The translations under genes were made by a program, and so were the position numbers. The notes beneath the pieces were generated by a model that worked only from the letters and a program-made list of their open reading frames with translations, was not told the DNA's origin and ran no database searches. DNA of 64,000 bases, taken from the NCBI GenBank assembly GCA_022842645.1, contig JALHPE010000004.1:8557-72556 (forward strand). The letters run 5' to 3'. Of the stretch, positions 30,709 to 40,428 are shown one piece after another (positions within the stretch are counted from its first letter, which is position 1; every line of letters begins with the position of its first letter). Source of the DNA: Minisyncoccota bacterium. Lineage in GTDB: Bacteria > Patescibacteriota > Minisyncoccia > Phycocordibacterales > UBA2100.

Positions 30709-31770
30709 TTACACGCGGGCGCGCTCAATATCGGCGCACCATGCCTCGACGTACGCGTCGAATGACTGTGGAAGAGAGAGCGCAAGCGCTCCACTCCGGG
30801 GACCGTGTTCGATCCAATCACAGAGTGCGTCAGAAAATCCCTCTTTTGTGGTAATGAGCGCACCAGCCTCCCGTGCGATTCCTACATCGGTTGAGAGAAC
30901 CGGCACGCCTGCAGAAAGCGCGCTCACCACTGAAAGTCCGTACCCTTCATACTCGGAGGGTGCGAGCACAATGTCAGCCTCGGCAAGAAACGGACGCATG
31001 TCTGCTTGAAAACCCTTGAAATCGACGAAACGTTCGAGGCCGAGAGCGCGCGAGAGCGCGCGAAGTTCTGATTCGAGGGAGCCCGTGCCAAGGATCGTGA
31101 GTCCCGCGTCATGCCCAGCGTCACGCGCCTCTTTGAGTGCGCGAATCGCATGTTCGACACCTTTCTCGGGTTCAAGGCGACTCATCACGAGAAGCGCAAT
31201 TTTGAAGCGCGAATGTTTGAGGCGCTGCATAGTGGCAAACTGAGTTACGTCGACGAAGATGGGAAGAACAGTTGGCACAGTTTGTAGACTGTAGTTTGTA
31301 GTTTGTAGAGAATCTCTAATTCGTTCGGAGACGACCCGAATGCCTTGTGCGCGAGGAAGGACGATACGCGCGATCATGCGACGCACGCGATTGAGAAGTG
31401 AGGCGCGTACAAATTCAGGCGCGAGAAAATCAGTATGAATTTGCACATGGAGTGGAACACCAAACGCACGCGCAATGAAAAGTCCTGCGAGTCCCGCCTC
31501 GAATGGGTCTTGCACCGTTACAACATCCGGCTTCTTGAGTTTTCGTGCAATTCGGTACGCGTCATAGATATATAGAAAACGGCTTCGTGAGGAAGTGGGA
31601 TGCGCATGCACTCGCGTAGAAAGTTCCGTCGATTTGCATGCGTGCGCACGGAGTGAAAATACTACGATATCGAGTGCGCCCAAGCGTTCTCCATAGGCAA
31701 TTTGGCGCTTTGCACTCGCGCTTCCTTGCACACACACACTTCTATCCGATCCAATCGAAAGTACGTGCAT
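30709..31770 (-). CDS. GT4 glycosyltransferase
   Basis: SRLEPEKG, PSEYEGYG....AL. Confidence 0.9.
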   Translation of the reverse strand: MHVLSIGSDRSVCVQGSASAKRQIAYGERLGALDIVVFSLRAHACKSTELSTRVHAHPTSSRSRFLYIYDAYRIARKLKKPDVVTVQDPFEAGLAGLFIARAFGVPLHVQIHTDFLAPEFVRASLLNRVRRMIARIVLPRAQGIRVVSERIRDSLQTTNYSLQTVPTVLPIFVDVTQFATMQRLKHSRFKIALLVMSRLEPEKGVEHAIRALKEARDAGHDAGLTILGTGSLESELRALSRALGLERFVDFKGFQADMRPFLAEADIVLAPSEYEGYGLSVVSALSAGVPVLSTDVGIAREAGALITTKEGFSDALCDWIEHGPRSGALALSLPQSFDAYVEAWCADIERARV

Positions 31771-31771
31771 A

Positions 31772-32764
31772 TTAGTTTTTCATCGCTTCCACAATTTCGC
31801 GCGCGATATCGTCCCAAGAATGAGTAAATGAGAAATTTCGTGCGTTCGTTGCGAGTCGCTCGTACGTGACAGGATCAAGGAGGGACTCAACCGCCTGCGT
31901 GAGCGCAGATTCAGAACGAGTGTCGACGAAAAGGCCGCATTCGCCGAAGCGCTCTTTGGTACCGGTGTCGTCTGTCATCACAAATGGTTTACCGAACATC
32001 ACCGCATCAATCGCGGTGTTTGAACACACCTCTGAATATGAAGGGATGATGACCGCATACGCTTCTCCAATGCGCTTCTGGTGTTCCTCGCGTGGCAAAA
32101 GGCGCGTATCGAGTGTGAGTCCAGGATGGTCATTTACGAGACGCGCAACGACACGCTGTAAAGAATGGATGTTTTTGAGGCCGATAACACGCCCAGCAGA
32201 AACGAGCGTAAGACCCGTGGCAGGAAGATAGGTACCTATCGTCGGTGACACATAATTTTCAATAATGCGTACGCGTTCGTCGGGCATGTCGTACGCGCGC
32301 TTCCATAAATCGCGCTGAAAGTGTGTGGTGAAGAATGGATGCGCTGTGTGGAGAAGTGTGCGGGTAAAACGAAATATGAGTTTCTCCTTCAGAGAGAGCG
32401 TGTGAGGAGTTGCATAAAAATCAGAAAGTCGCACTGCTTCTCCCGTCCGCGCCACATATGACTCCCACAGAAAGTCCCCGCCAATGCGCAGCGCAACCGG
32501 CACGCCTCGAAGGCGTGCTGCGAAATACGCGGGCATCCCAACACTCCACGTGTCGAGCGCAAGCACGAATGAAGCGTCACGGAGAGTGCGGAAGAGTTGC
32601 AATGCGTATACCGCGTGAGAAAGCCCGGGCAGAAGATGATGTGGAGTGACCACGACCACAACCTCATGCCCAAGCTTTTTCAAACCCTCTTCAATTCCTG
32701 TAGCGTAGATAGCATGCACCCCAGCGCGGGGCGGGTAAAAAGCAGTTGCTATCACGATCTTCAT
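31772..32764 (-). CDS. GT4 glycosyltransferase
   Basis: IAT..YPP..G, GR...K, PS.SE..N..DA..GKP. Confidence 0.85.
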   Translation of the reverse strand: MKIVIATAFYPPRAGVHAIYATGIEEGLKKLGHEVVVVVTPHHLLPGLSHAVYALQLFRTLRDASFVLALDTWSVGMPAYFAARLRGVPVALRIGGDFLWESYVARTGEAVRLSDFYATPHTLSLKEKLIFRFTRTLLHTAHPFFTTHFQRDLWKRAYDMPDERVRIIENYVSPTIGTYLPATGLTLVSAGRVIGLKNIHSLQRVVARLVNDHPGLTLDTRLLPREEHQKRIGEAYAVIIPSYSEVCSNTAIDAVMFGKPFVMTDDTGTKERFGECGLFVDTRSESALTQAVESLLDPVTYERLATNARNFSFTHSWDDIAREIVEAMKN

Positions 32765-32784
32765 GAGGAAACTCTAGCGCGTGA

Positions 32785-32999
32785 AAGGAAAAGGCGCCAT
32801 CAGTGATGACGCCTTAGCCTACGTATCTACGCCCAAAGAGCGTCTGCGCCAGATCTTACCTACTAGGAAAGACTGTGCGCGGGTATAAAAATTCGAGAAG
32901 AACGCTCCTCGCCACATGACTTGCGGTGCGGAGAACGGTGAAGATGAGCATTGCGAGAATCCTTCTCTTTGGCGCCCAGGAACTGCCCCTAAGGCGACC
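32785..32999 (-). ncRNA. Candidate structured ncRNA (6S-like or attenuator) with its own promoter and terminator
   Basis: TTGCAA-16-TAGGGT upstream; end-to-end pairing 32989-32996 with 32810-32817 and 32965-32974 with 32830-32840; terminator hairpin 32791-32815 followed by U-rich tract. Confidence 0.45.
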
Positions 33000-33038
33000 A
33001 CTCTCACCCTACCCCGAAACCATAATTTTGCAACTTAG

Positions 33039-34217
33039 TTATGCACCGAGCGCTTTCGCAAAGACTTTCTCTCGCATATCGCTCGCCACGAGATCCCAAT
33101 CAAAGCGCTCTTTTGCTATCTCGCGCGCCGTCGCCACAACGCCCCGCATTACCTCAGGATTATCTATGATGTTATGTACCGCTTCAACAATCTGCTCGGA
33201 CGAATCCTTATCCACCACCCATGCTGTCTTTGGCATGTCAGGATTTCGCTTCGGGTCAAAAATAAAATCAGACAGCCCTCCCTCTTGCGTTGCGATCACA
33301 GGAAGCCCAGCGGCGAAGGCTTCGACAAACGAGTTTCCCATGCCTTCGGATCGGCTGGGGCGGAGAAATATGTCGCACGCTTTCAGATATTTGGGAAGAT
33401 CCTCGTGCTCCACGTGGCCAAGAAAATGAACGCGATTTTGTAGTGTGTAGTTTGTCGTCTGTAATTTTAATTCCTTCTCAAGAGGTCCGGTGCCGAGAAT
33501 AATGAAATGAATGTTCTCCGGAAGTTTCCGCAGTGCTTCAATGCACACATCGAGCGCATTTTTGCGCACGAGCCGCGAGGTGGTGACGAGAAATATATCA
33601 CCCATCCGTTTCCCTAGAGAATCTTTGATTTCGTTAATAAGAGGCTCGGGATATGCGCGCGCAAAGACTTCGGTATCAACACCATTTGGAATGACAATGG
33701 GCTCCCCAGGAAACCCCGCCTTTTTTGCCCACCCAGCAAGGAATGTAGAAATGGTTTGAATCACCACCGCATTCTTAAACCCTGCACGAAGGATGGGCGC
33801 GATGACACGGATGTGTGGGCGCCGAAACACGTGCTCAAACGGATCTCCCTCCTGGAGGCTTAGTGCATACGGAAGACGCACGCCAAAAAGACGTAAGAGA
33901 ATGAGCGGGAGCGACATATAGCTCATCATTGCCCATGCCGCATCAAAATTGTGTTCACGATGCAATCGTCGCGCCGCGAATGTTGCAGAAATAATGAAAA
34001 ACATTTTGGAGAAATATGACGTGCCATCGCCAATACGATGCACATGCACGTTTCCGAGCACCTCTTCGCGCGGCAGCGTAGTATCAAAACGATGCGTGAG
34101 AATATGGAACTCAATATCAGAAATCCGTTCAGTAATTTCCTTCACTGCGATCTCGGCGCCTCCTACTGGGCGTGGAAAATAGGCAAGGGAGAAGATGAGG
34201 ATTTTTTTACACTCCAT
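33039..34217 (-). CDS. GT4 glycosyltransferase
   Basis: GGAE, IPNGVD, SRL..KN, PSRSEGMGNSFVEA; start moved to ATG 34217. Confidence 0.9.
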   Translation of the reverse strand: MECKKILIFSLAYFPRPVGGAEIAVKEITERISDIEFHILTHRFDTTLPREEVLGNVHVHRIGDGTSYFSKMFFIISATFAARRLHREHNFDAAWAMMSYMSLPLILLRLFGVRLPYALSLQEGDPFEHVFRRPHIRVIAPILRAGFKNAVVIQTISTFLAGWAKKAGFPGEPIVIPNGVDTEVFARAYPEPLINEIKDSLGKRMGDIFLVTTSRLVRKNALDVCIEALRKLPENIHFIILGTGPLEKELKLQTTNYTLQNRVHFLGHVEHEDLPKYLKACDIFLRPSRSEGMGNSFVEAFAAGLPVIATQEGGLSDFIFDPKRNPDMPKTAWVVDKDSSEQIVEAVHNIIDNPEVMRGVVATAREIAKERFDWDLVASDMREKVFAKALGA

Positions 34218-34284
34218 TGCAGAGTATATTGACATAGATATAAAAATGATGCAATATGTTCTTATCCAACAGCAGGAGGAAGTT

Positions 34285-34908
34285 ATGAAAGCAAAGGCTG
34301 TGATCTTTGACTTCGGAAACGTGCTTGGCACGTTCGACAAGTTTCGTGCCTTGCAACGCCTTGCGTGCGCAAGTCGCTACGAAACTAAGGAGATCATTCA
34401 GGTCATTCTAAACGATGGATTAGAGCGTATGCTCGAATCCGGTAAGATGTCGGAAATAGCGTTCTGCAACGAAGTGCTTTACCGATGCAAGATCAATCTC
34501 ACCGTGCCGGACGCGATGCGGATTTGGGGCAACATTTTCGCGCCAAATTCAGCAATCGTCCCTATCGTTGAGCAATTGATCGAAAAGCGCGTGCCAATTG
34601 GCGTTCTCTCGAACACGAACGGCATTCACTGGCCATACATTATGGATTTGCCGGTAATGCAGATGCTGAAAGCATACAGAGCGCCGTTGACACTCTCTCA
34701 TGAAATTGGCAGTTACAAGCCGGAGAGAATCATGTACGACAACGCTCTCGCGCAACTCGGGAGCAATCCCGAAGAGACGCTCTACCTCGACGATATTCAA
34801 GCGTATGTCGAGGCGGCCCGAGCTCGAGGCATGCACGCCGAACAATACGACTGCACGAAAGATCCCGACGCAATCGGATCGATCATGCAGAAGTATGGTC
34901 TCCTATGA
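34285..34908 (+). CDS. HAD-family phosphatase (YihX-like)
   Basis: IFDFGNVL, LSNTN, KP, YLDD; AGGAGG upstream of ATG 34285. Confidence 0.85.
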   Translation: MKAKAVIFDFGNVLGTFDKFRALQRLACASRYETKEIIQVILNDGLERMLESGKMSEIAFCNEVLYRCKINLTVPDAMRIWGNIFAPNSAIVPIVEQLIEKRVPIGVLSNTNGIHWPYIMDLPVMQMLKAYRAPLTLSHEIGSYKPERIMYDNALAQLGSNPEETLYLDDIQAYVEAARARGMHAEQYDCTKDPDAIGSIMQKYGLL

Positions 34909-34912
34909 AAAA

Positions 34913-34943
34913 CACCCCCGCGGCCAACTTGGCTGCGGGGGTG
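34913..34943. terminator. Bidirectional intrinsic terminator
   Basis: cacccccgcggcca-act-tggctgcgggggtg hairpin between convergent genes. Confidence 0.65.
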
Positions 34944-34965
34944 AAGTTTTTGCACTAAACGCGAC

Positions 34966-35688
34966 TCAGCGCGGCCAGAGCTCTGGAAACGTCGCGAAGA
35001 AAATCAGCCAAAGTGAGTTTGCGGTGCACATACGATACACCGCCCCCTCATCGTCTTTTCCTTCGCGAATGCGTCGCAAGAGCTCGGAGACCGGAATGTA
35101 CTCGGCCGAGTAGATTGGCTCGTTCCGGTCGGCCTTCAATGCCTCCACTTTGTCGAGATCGACCTCAACAAAAAGGATGTCCGTCCATGAGCCTACGAAT
35201 GTTGGATTAGGGTTGTGCCATGGGCATTTAGGTGTAACCACCCGAATGACCGCAGTTGCACCCGTCTCCTCGCCGACCTCGCGAACAGCACCTGCGTTGG
35301 CGCTTTCGAACTTCCCACCGAGAAGCTTCTCGCGAAACCCCATAGGAAGTTGTCCGAACACAACTGGCGCGTGACCGTCGTTCCATTGACTCTCCGGATC
35401 ATCGGCGTGCGGACGCGGCTGTCGAATGACAGCCACGCACGCCTCAGGCCTCCGAAACCATCGCTTTCGCCAACCCCATGCAACAACGTTCGTTGCAGGA
35501 GCCTCGTAGATGATTGGACGATCAAAGTTTGGTGCGCCGTCCGGATGCATCACCACAGCGGTTTTGATGCCGCCATGCCGTGATTGCACTTCCCACTCGG
35601 TTTCGGGTGGCATTTCCTCGCCATTGACGACAAGTCGCCACCCAGCCTTGTGAGTCGGACAGTCTTTGAGTCGCTTTGTTGCCGTCAT
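34966..35688 (-). CDS. NUDIX hydrolase
   Basis: ES...GAVREVGEETG Nudix box; AGGAGG upstream of ATG 35688. Confidence 0.75.
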   Translation of the reverse strand: MTATKRLKDCPTHKAGWRLVVNGEEMPPETEWEVQSRHGGIKTAVVMHPDGAPNFDRPIIYEAPATNVVAWGWRKRWFRRPEACVAVIRQPRPHADDPESQWNDGHAPVVFGQLPMGFREKLLGGKFESANAGAVREVGEETGATAVIRVVTPKCPWHNPNPTFVGSWTDILFVEVDLDKVEALKADRNEPIYSAEYIPVSELLRRIREGKDDEGAVYRMCTANSLWLIFFATFPELWPR

Positions 35689-35813
35689 GGGTTTCCCCTC
35701 CTTCTGTTGCAACAAAAAAGACCTCAATTTGGTCTATAAAGATTGTAACACGAAATATGCTATCTAGCAATAGTCCCCGGAACCACCTATCGGTTCCGGG
35801 GACTGCGTTCTCG

Positions 35814-36347
35814 CTATGCAGCACCAAAAGGAAATGATTCCACTTGATACCACTCTCCAACTGATCCTTCTGTGCGCCATAATTCGATAGTGTTCACCGT
35901 GAATGTGGCGGCACATAGGGCGTTACAGCTCTCGAGCGACAACTTCGCAGACATAAGATCTTCATCTGAGAAGTCACCGTAGGCAAAGCTGCAGTGGGGA
36001 AAGTATATGCTCTCCCCAATTTCGAAAACATCGCGAGCGCGCTGCCCTGCCGCCATCACCTCTTCAGATTGCGCAACGCGCGAAAATAATATCTGAAAAT
36101 ATGTGCCGTGGGAGCCGATGGTGCCGAGATGCACTGCATACGGCACAAGATTGCTCGCGAGCCACCTTGTCTTTTGACGCACCTCTTCTGAGTCGCCCAC
36201 AATTCCTCCGAGGAGGGTTACGTGCGGCTCAAAGGCTGGCGTTCCATAGTGTCGTGCAATTTCTTGTATCGCCGCATTGAGTAGTCGATACATATCGGAC
36301 TCCCGATCGGGCACAAGCCAGAGCGAATATCCAGTTGCTTTTGACAT
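35814..36347 (-). CDS. 2H phosphoesterase (cyclic phosphodiesterase-like)
   Basis: YSLWLVP, PHVTL and PHCSF HxT/S motifs. Confidence 0.8.
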   Translation of the reverse strand: MSKATGYSLWLVPDRESDMYRLLNAAIQEIARHYGTPAFEPHVTLLGGIVGDSEEVRQKTRWLASNLVPYAVHLGTIGSHGTYFQILFSRVAQSEEVMAAGQRARDVFEIGESIYFPHCSFAYGDFSDEDLMSAKLSLESCNALCAATFTVNTIELWRTEGSVGEWYQVESFPFGAA

Positions 36348-36395
36348 GGGTATGTCCCCTTTCCTGATTTGCTTTATACCACACATGTGGCCTGT

Positions 36396-37868
36396 TTACA
36401 ACTTTTTCTCTGGCTCCTTCGTGATTCTCACTCTCAAAAAGTTTGCATACGCAAACCGGATCTGGTTTGCAAACGCATCGCCCTCACCCATCGATGAGCG
36501 GAGTTTGATACGTGCGCTCACGCGGCTCGCATCTTTTTCTTGAGAAAATTCTGAGGCGTAGACCTGATCGGCACGACGCAGGAGCAGCCGCAGAAGAAGG
36601 CGGGTGAAAAAAGGTGCGTTATCGAGCGATTGATTTGCAAGGGTTACCAAGAGCGGCAGATTACTCACCTGCTTGAGCATGAGCGCCGCAAGGCCGCCAT
36701 AGCTCGCCATCAAGGACCACGAAAAAAGATACTGATGCTTTGCGTGGAGAGAGCGTGCTTTTGAAAACCCTAGAATGGGGAGTAAGAATTTATCACTCGG
36801 ACGACCATAACCCACACGATAGATGGTGGCGTTCCCGACGGGACACACCGCTTTTTCAGTTGAGGGATGATATTTCGTCGTGACGACATCGAAATGTACA
36901 TCTGGCATCGCCGCCATTAAGTCGCAGAGCGCTTCTTCAGCAACACCCGCTATCGGATGAAAGGTGGTAGTGAAGACCAAGACGCGACGTTCGCGCTTTA
37001 TCGCCCTCTTGGGCACATGCTCAACCAGCTCGTAGATTTCATCTTCGAGATTTCTTTTTGGCTCCCAGCCGAGAGAGCGCGACTTGGAAATATCGATTCC
37101 GGCGCTCATGCGGTTACCGGGGCGCTCGGGGAGCATAACGATATCCTCGCTAAAGAGTCGTGCCACGTGGAGCATGGAAAATGCTTTTTCGTTCCCCAAA
37201 CCATACTCATCCCCTTCACCTTTTTCACCAATGAGCATGAGGCCGTCGACAATATCGTCGATGTGCGTAAAGTTGCGCAGCTGTGTGCCGGGAGACGTGA
37301 CGGTGATTGGCTGGCCGTTTCTCACTTGCTCCGCGAAGATTGCAATCACGGTGCCATAGCGGCCGCTTCGCTCGCCGTGGCCGTAGACGTTATAGAAATA
37401 GGTGATCGCAAAGGCAAGGCCATACCACTCGCCATAATTTTTTACGAGCTCGGTGTTTGCGGCTTTGGTGTAGGCATACGGTGTCGCGTTTCGCGCGAGC
37501 CCGCCGTCGCCGAATTTGGTTGAAGAGCCCGCATACACAAGTTTGCATTTTCGTTTTCGCCAATACTCGAGGACTGCGGCAGTGCCAACTGTATTAAGAT
37601 CGTTCACAACATCCGGCTCTTCAAGACTCTGCTCTACACGCGAATATTCACCGAGATGATAGATGATGTCTGGGGTCTCGGGCACGAGGCTCTCGATCTC
37701 TTTGGTGTGGCCGGTACGATACTCGACGCCTTCCACGTGTGCCGCTTCGGTGCCTGCGAAATAATTGTCGAGTGAGATGACACGCGCACCCTCAGAAGCG
37801 AGCCGCTTGATGAGGTTGGAGCCGACAAAGCCAGCGCCGCCGGTGACTAAGATTAATTTTCCCTGCAT
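36396..37868 (-). CDS. NAD-dependent epimerase/dehydratase fused to a GT4 N-terminal-like domain
   Basis: GGAGFVG, YAYTK, FYNVYG; C-terminal region of about 190 aa resembles the N-domain of the GT4 at 33039-34217. Confidence 0.75.
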   Translation of the reverse strand: MQGKLILVTGGAGFVGSNLIKRLASEGARVISLDNYFAGTEAAHVEGVEYRTGHTKEIESLVPETPDIIYHLGEYSRVEQSLEEPDVVNDLNTVGTAAVLEYWRKRKCKLVYAGSSTKFGDGGLARNATPYAYTKAANTELVKNYGEWYGLAFAITYFYNVYGHGERSGRYGTVIAIFAEQVRNGQPITVTSPGTQLRNFTHIDDIVDGLMLIGEKGEGDEYGLGNEKAFSMLHVARLFSEDIVMLPERPGNRMSAGIDISKSRSLGWEPKRNLEDEIYELVEHVPKRAIKRERRVLVFTTTFHPIAGVAEEALCDLMAAMPDVHFDVVTTKYHPSTEKAVCPVGNATIYRVGYGRPSDKFLLPILGFSKARSLHAKHQYLFSWSLMASYGGLAALMLKQVSNLPLLVTLANQSLDNAPFFTRLLLRLLLRRADQVYASEFSQEKDASRVSARIKLRSSMGEGDAFANQIRFAYANFLRVRITKEPEKKL

Positions 37869-37889
37869 GAGACTAGACTATACCCTGCT

Positions 37890-38630
37890 TCACGTTTCCT
37901 CAATGATGGTCCATTCCTCTCTTTCAGCGCGGCGCGCGAGCACGGCGCCCGCGATGCCGACAAACGAAATGCAGCCGACACCGAGAAGCCAAAGTGTCAT
38001 ACTTGGGTTTTCTTGGGGGAGCTCGAAGGATCCGAGCGATTCTCTCTCAGTTTGAGTTCCAAGAACCTGAGGAGAGGAAGCTGGTGTGGCCACGGCTTTC
38101 TTTGCACTCGCTTTTTCTTGTATCGCCGCACGCACTAGGCCTCCTACAGGAATTCCTGCGCCGGGGGTTGGGAGGCCGGGAGCCAGCGCCCCGCCTGTCG
38201 GTGTTGTTCTTTGGAGCGATTCCCCTGAACCGTTACCACCGAGAGATTTTGTGTACACAGCACTATCGATAGTCGTATCTCCTTTGCGTAGTTCAATCGT
38301 CTCGCCATCGTTATTCAAACTGAACGCACTATCGAAAAGAAGTCCTGTGTAGTTCGGATAATCGGCACGAAATTTTTCTGGCTTGTCGGCAATGACAGCA
38401 TGTGCCCCGGGCGCAATGAGTGATTCGCCCTTGATTACGTGTTTGCGATTACTTTCGAAAAGAATAAGTTCTGCGAGCGATAGGGGTACTGCGCCTATGT
38501 TGTATACCTCAATCCATTCGCGACCACTGTCTGACCCTTCGGCAAGGTCGTACATGATTTCAGAAATTATCACCTGCGCCGAGGTGAGTGCGGGAAGTAG
38601 TAAGGCAACAATGAACGCATTACGAACCAT
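37890..38630 (-). CDS. Lamin-tail-domain surface protein
   Basis: Signal peptide, ISEIMYD...EWIEVYN, LNNDGE, C-terminal TM anchor. Confidence 0.8.
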   Translation of the reverse strand: MVRNAFIVALLLPALTSAQVIISEIMYDLAEGSDSGREWIEVYNIGAVPLSLAELILFESNRKHVIKGESLIAPGAHAVIADKPEKFRADYPNYTGLLFDSAFSLNNDGETIELRKGDTTIDSAVYTKSLGGNGSGESLQRTTPTGGALAPGLPTPGAGIPVGGLVRAAIQEKASAKKAVATPASSPQVLGTQTERESLGSFELPQENPSMTLWLLGVGCISFVGIAGAVLARRAEREEWTIIEET

Positions 38631-40413
38631 GGAGGACTTTGCGAAGGTCTTCGGGCGATATGCCATCGGTGTTTTTTTCTGATACTGATTCTCGTGGCGG
38701 GGCCACATGCACCGTGTTTGGATCGCGGCGCGCTTCGCGCGCCGCTTTTCGCGAACGAATAATATCCGCAGGGGAACGCATATCAATGGTTGCCCCGCGC
38801 GCCGAAGCAATAGCACTTTTTAGCGCATCGCGTGTATGAGTCTCAGGTTGTGGGGTCTGGGGGCGGGGCGCAGGAGGCGTTTCTCGCATTGGTTCTGGGG
38901 CGCGCGGACGAGGAGCCTCTTCTCGACGCTCTTGTACCGGCTCTTCCCTCCGAGGTTCTCGAGGAGCGGGAGGCCGCGCCTCGCGCGGACGATCATCGCG
39001 ACGCGGCTCTCTCGGGGCACTCCCAAAATCCCGCCGCTCTCCGCCAAAACGAGTCGCACCGCCCGGCCGATCCGTCTTTGGCTTCGGCGGAGGTGCTGCA
39101 AAGGCTGTTTGCCATTCGCCAATCTGCTTCTCCACCTCGGCGCGAGAGAGCGCGAACTCTGCGCGCGTATGATGAATCACATCTTCGCGGTATGAAATAG
39201 CGGGCGCATCAATTGGTGGAATGGTCTCCGCAGAAAAAGGCTGACTCCCCACGCCGTCGATCATGAGCGTGAGATAGATTTGCCCCAGCCCCAGGTTCGT
39301 TAAATCCTCTGGAAGGAAGATTGGTTTGTAAACGGTCTCCAACACCTCAGCATCAAACGGCCCCACACGAAACGTGATCAGCGTCCCCACGTTACCAAAC
39401 ACGGCATTGCGCACATTCTCTTCCATCTGCTCGATGTACTGGTTTGCAAGCGTGAGTGCGAGCTTATATTTGCGTGATTCGGAGAGAATGTCGGCGAATG
39501 CCTCGTTCATCATCGACTGGAACTCATCGACGTAGAAGTAACAGCGCGGAAGCGCCGCCATGCGTGCGGGAGGCTCGTCGGCGCGCGACATCGCCGCGAG
39601 ATAGATTTTCACGGTGAGCATTGAGCCCAAAAGCGCAGCGTTTGATTCTCCCATTCTTCCCTTCGAGAGATTCACGATAAAAATCTTTTTCTCATCCATC
39701 ATCTTTCGAAGATCAAAGGTGGATTTTGACTGTCCAACGATATTACGGATCAGTGGGTTCGAAACAAACTGACCAACTTTGTTTTGAATCGCGGGCGTGG
39801 CTTCCTGTGTGTAGCGGTCGGTGTACGTCGCAAATTCGACTGTCCAGAAATCGCGCACGATGGGGTCGGTGATTTTCTCAATCACCGCCGCACGAAATGA
39901 TTTGTTGGTGAGCATGCGGTTCACGTCGATCAAGGTCGCTCCGGGGTATTCCAGAAGTGCTAAGAGCACGTTCTGAAGGATGTATTCCATACGCGCACTC
40001 CACGCGTCCACCCAAATACGCTTGAAGGCGCCCATGAGGCCGGAGACCACCAAATGGCGCTTGTCGTAACCCACATCTTCCATCACATTAAAGCCGACAG
40101 GATAATCCACATCAAACGGCGCAAAGTAGAGCACGTCTTTAATGCGCTCGTGTGGGATGAAATCCAAGAGCTTCTCGGCAGTTGAACCGTGGGGGTCGAT
40201 ATAGGCAATACCTTCTCCATTTTGAATATCCTGAATCGCCATATTCTCGAGCATGGTCGATTTCCCCATACCCGTCTTTCCAATCACATACATATGCTTC
40301 CCACGATCAATCGCGCGAATGCCAAACATCTCGCGCTTTCCGCGCGTATGCGTTGTCGCAAAATACGTTATGCGCCGTTCGTCGTTATGGCTCCCGCTTC
40401 CCTTGGGGGTCAT
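38620..40413 (-). CDS. VirD4/TraG/HerA-like P-loop ATPase (coupling-protein family common in CPR)
   Basis: GKTGMGKS Walker A, IDPHG, YVDEFQ Walker B, ESRKY; Pro/Arg/Glu-rich tail. Confidence 0.85.
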   Translation of the reverse strand: MTPKGSGSHNDERRITYFATTHTRGKREMFGIRAIDRGKHMYVIGKTGMGKSTMLENMAIQDIQNGEGIAYIDPHGSTAEKLLDFIPHERIKDVLYFAPFDVDYPVGFNVMEDVGYDKRHLVVSGLMGAFKRIWVDAWSARMEYILQNVLLALLEYPGATLIDVNRMLTNKSFRAAVIEKITDPIVRDFWTVEFATYTDRYTQEATPAIQNKVGQFVSNPLIRNIVGQSKSTFDLRKMMDEKKIFIVNLSKGRMGESNAALLGSMLTVKIYLAAMSRADEPPARMAALPRCYFYVDEFQSMMNEAFADILSESRKYKLALTLANQYIEQMEENVRNAVFGNVGTLITFRVGPFDAEVLETVYKPIFLPEDLTNLGLGQIYLTLMIDGVGSQPFSAETIPPIDAPAISYREDVIHHTRAEFALSRAEVEKQIGEWQTAFAAPPPKPKTDRPGGATRFGGERRDFGSAPREPRRDDRPREARPPAPREPRREEPVQERREEAPRPRAPEPMRETPPAPRPQTPQPETHTRDALKSAIASARGATIDMRSPADIIRSRKAAREARRDPNTVHVAPPRESVSEKNTDGISPEDLRKVLHGS

Positions 40414-40428
40414 GAGAATAGTATACCG

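Noticed and set aside
38830-39100. Repetitive PREPRR-rich segment
   Set aside because: It is the low-complexity protein tail of the ATPase, not a DNA repeat array.
38620-40413. VirD4-like ATPase as evidence of a conjugative element
   Set aside because: No relaxase, VirB genes or integrase are nearby, and such ATPases are common chromosomal genes in CPR.
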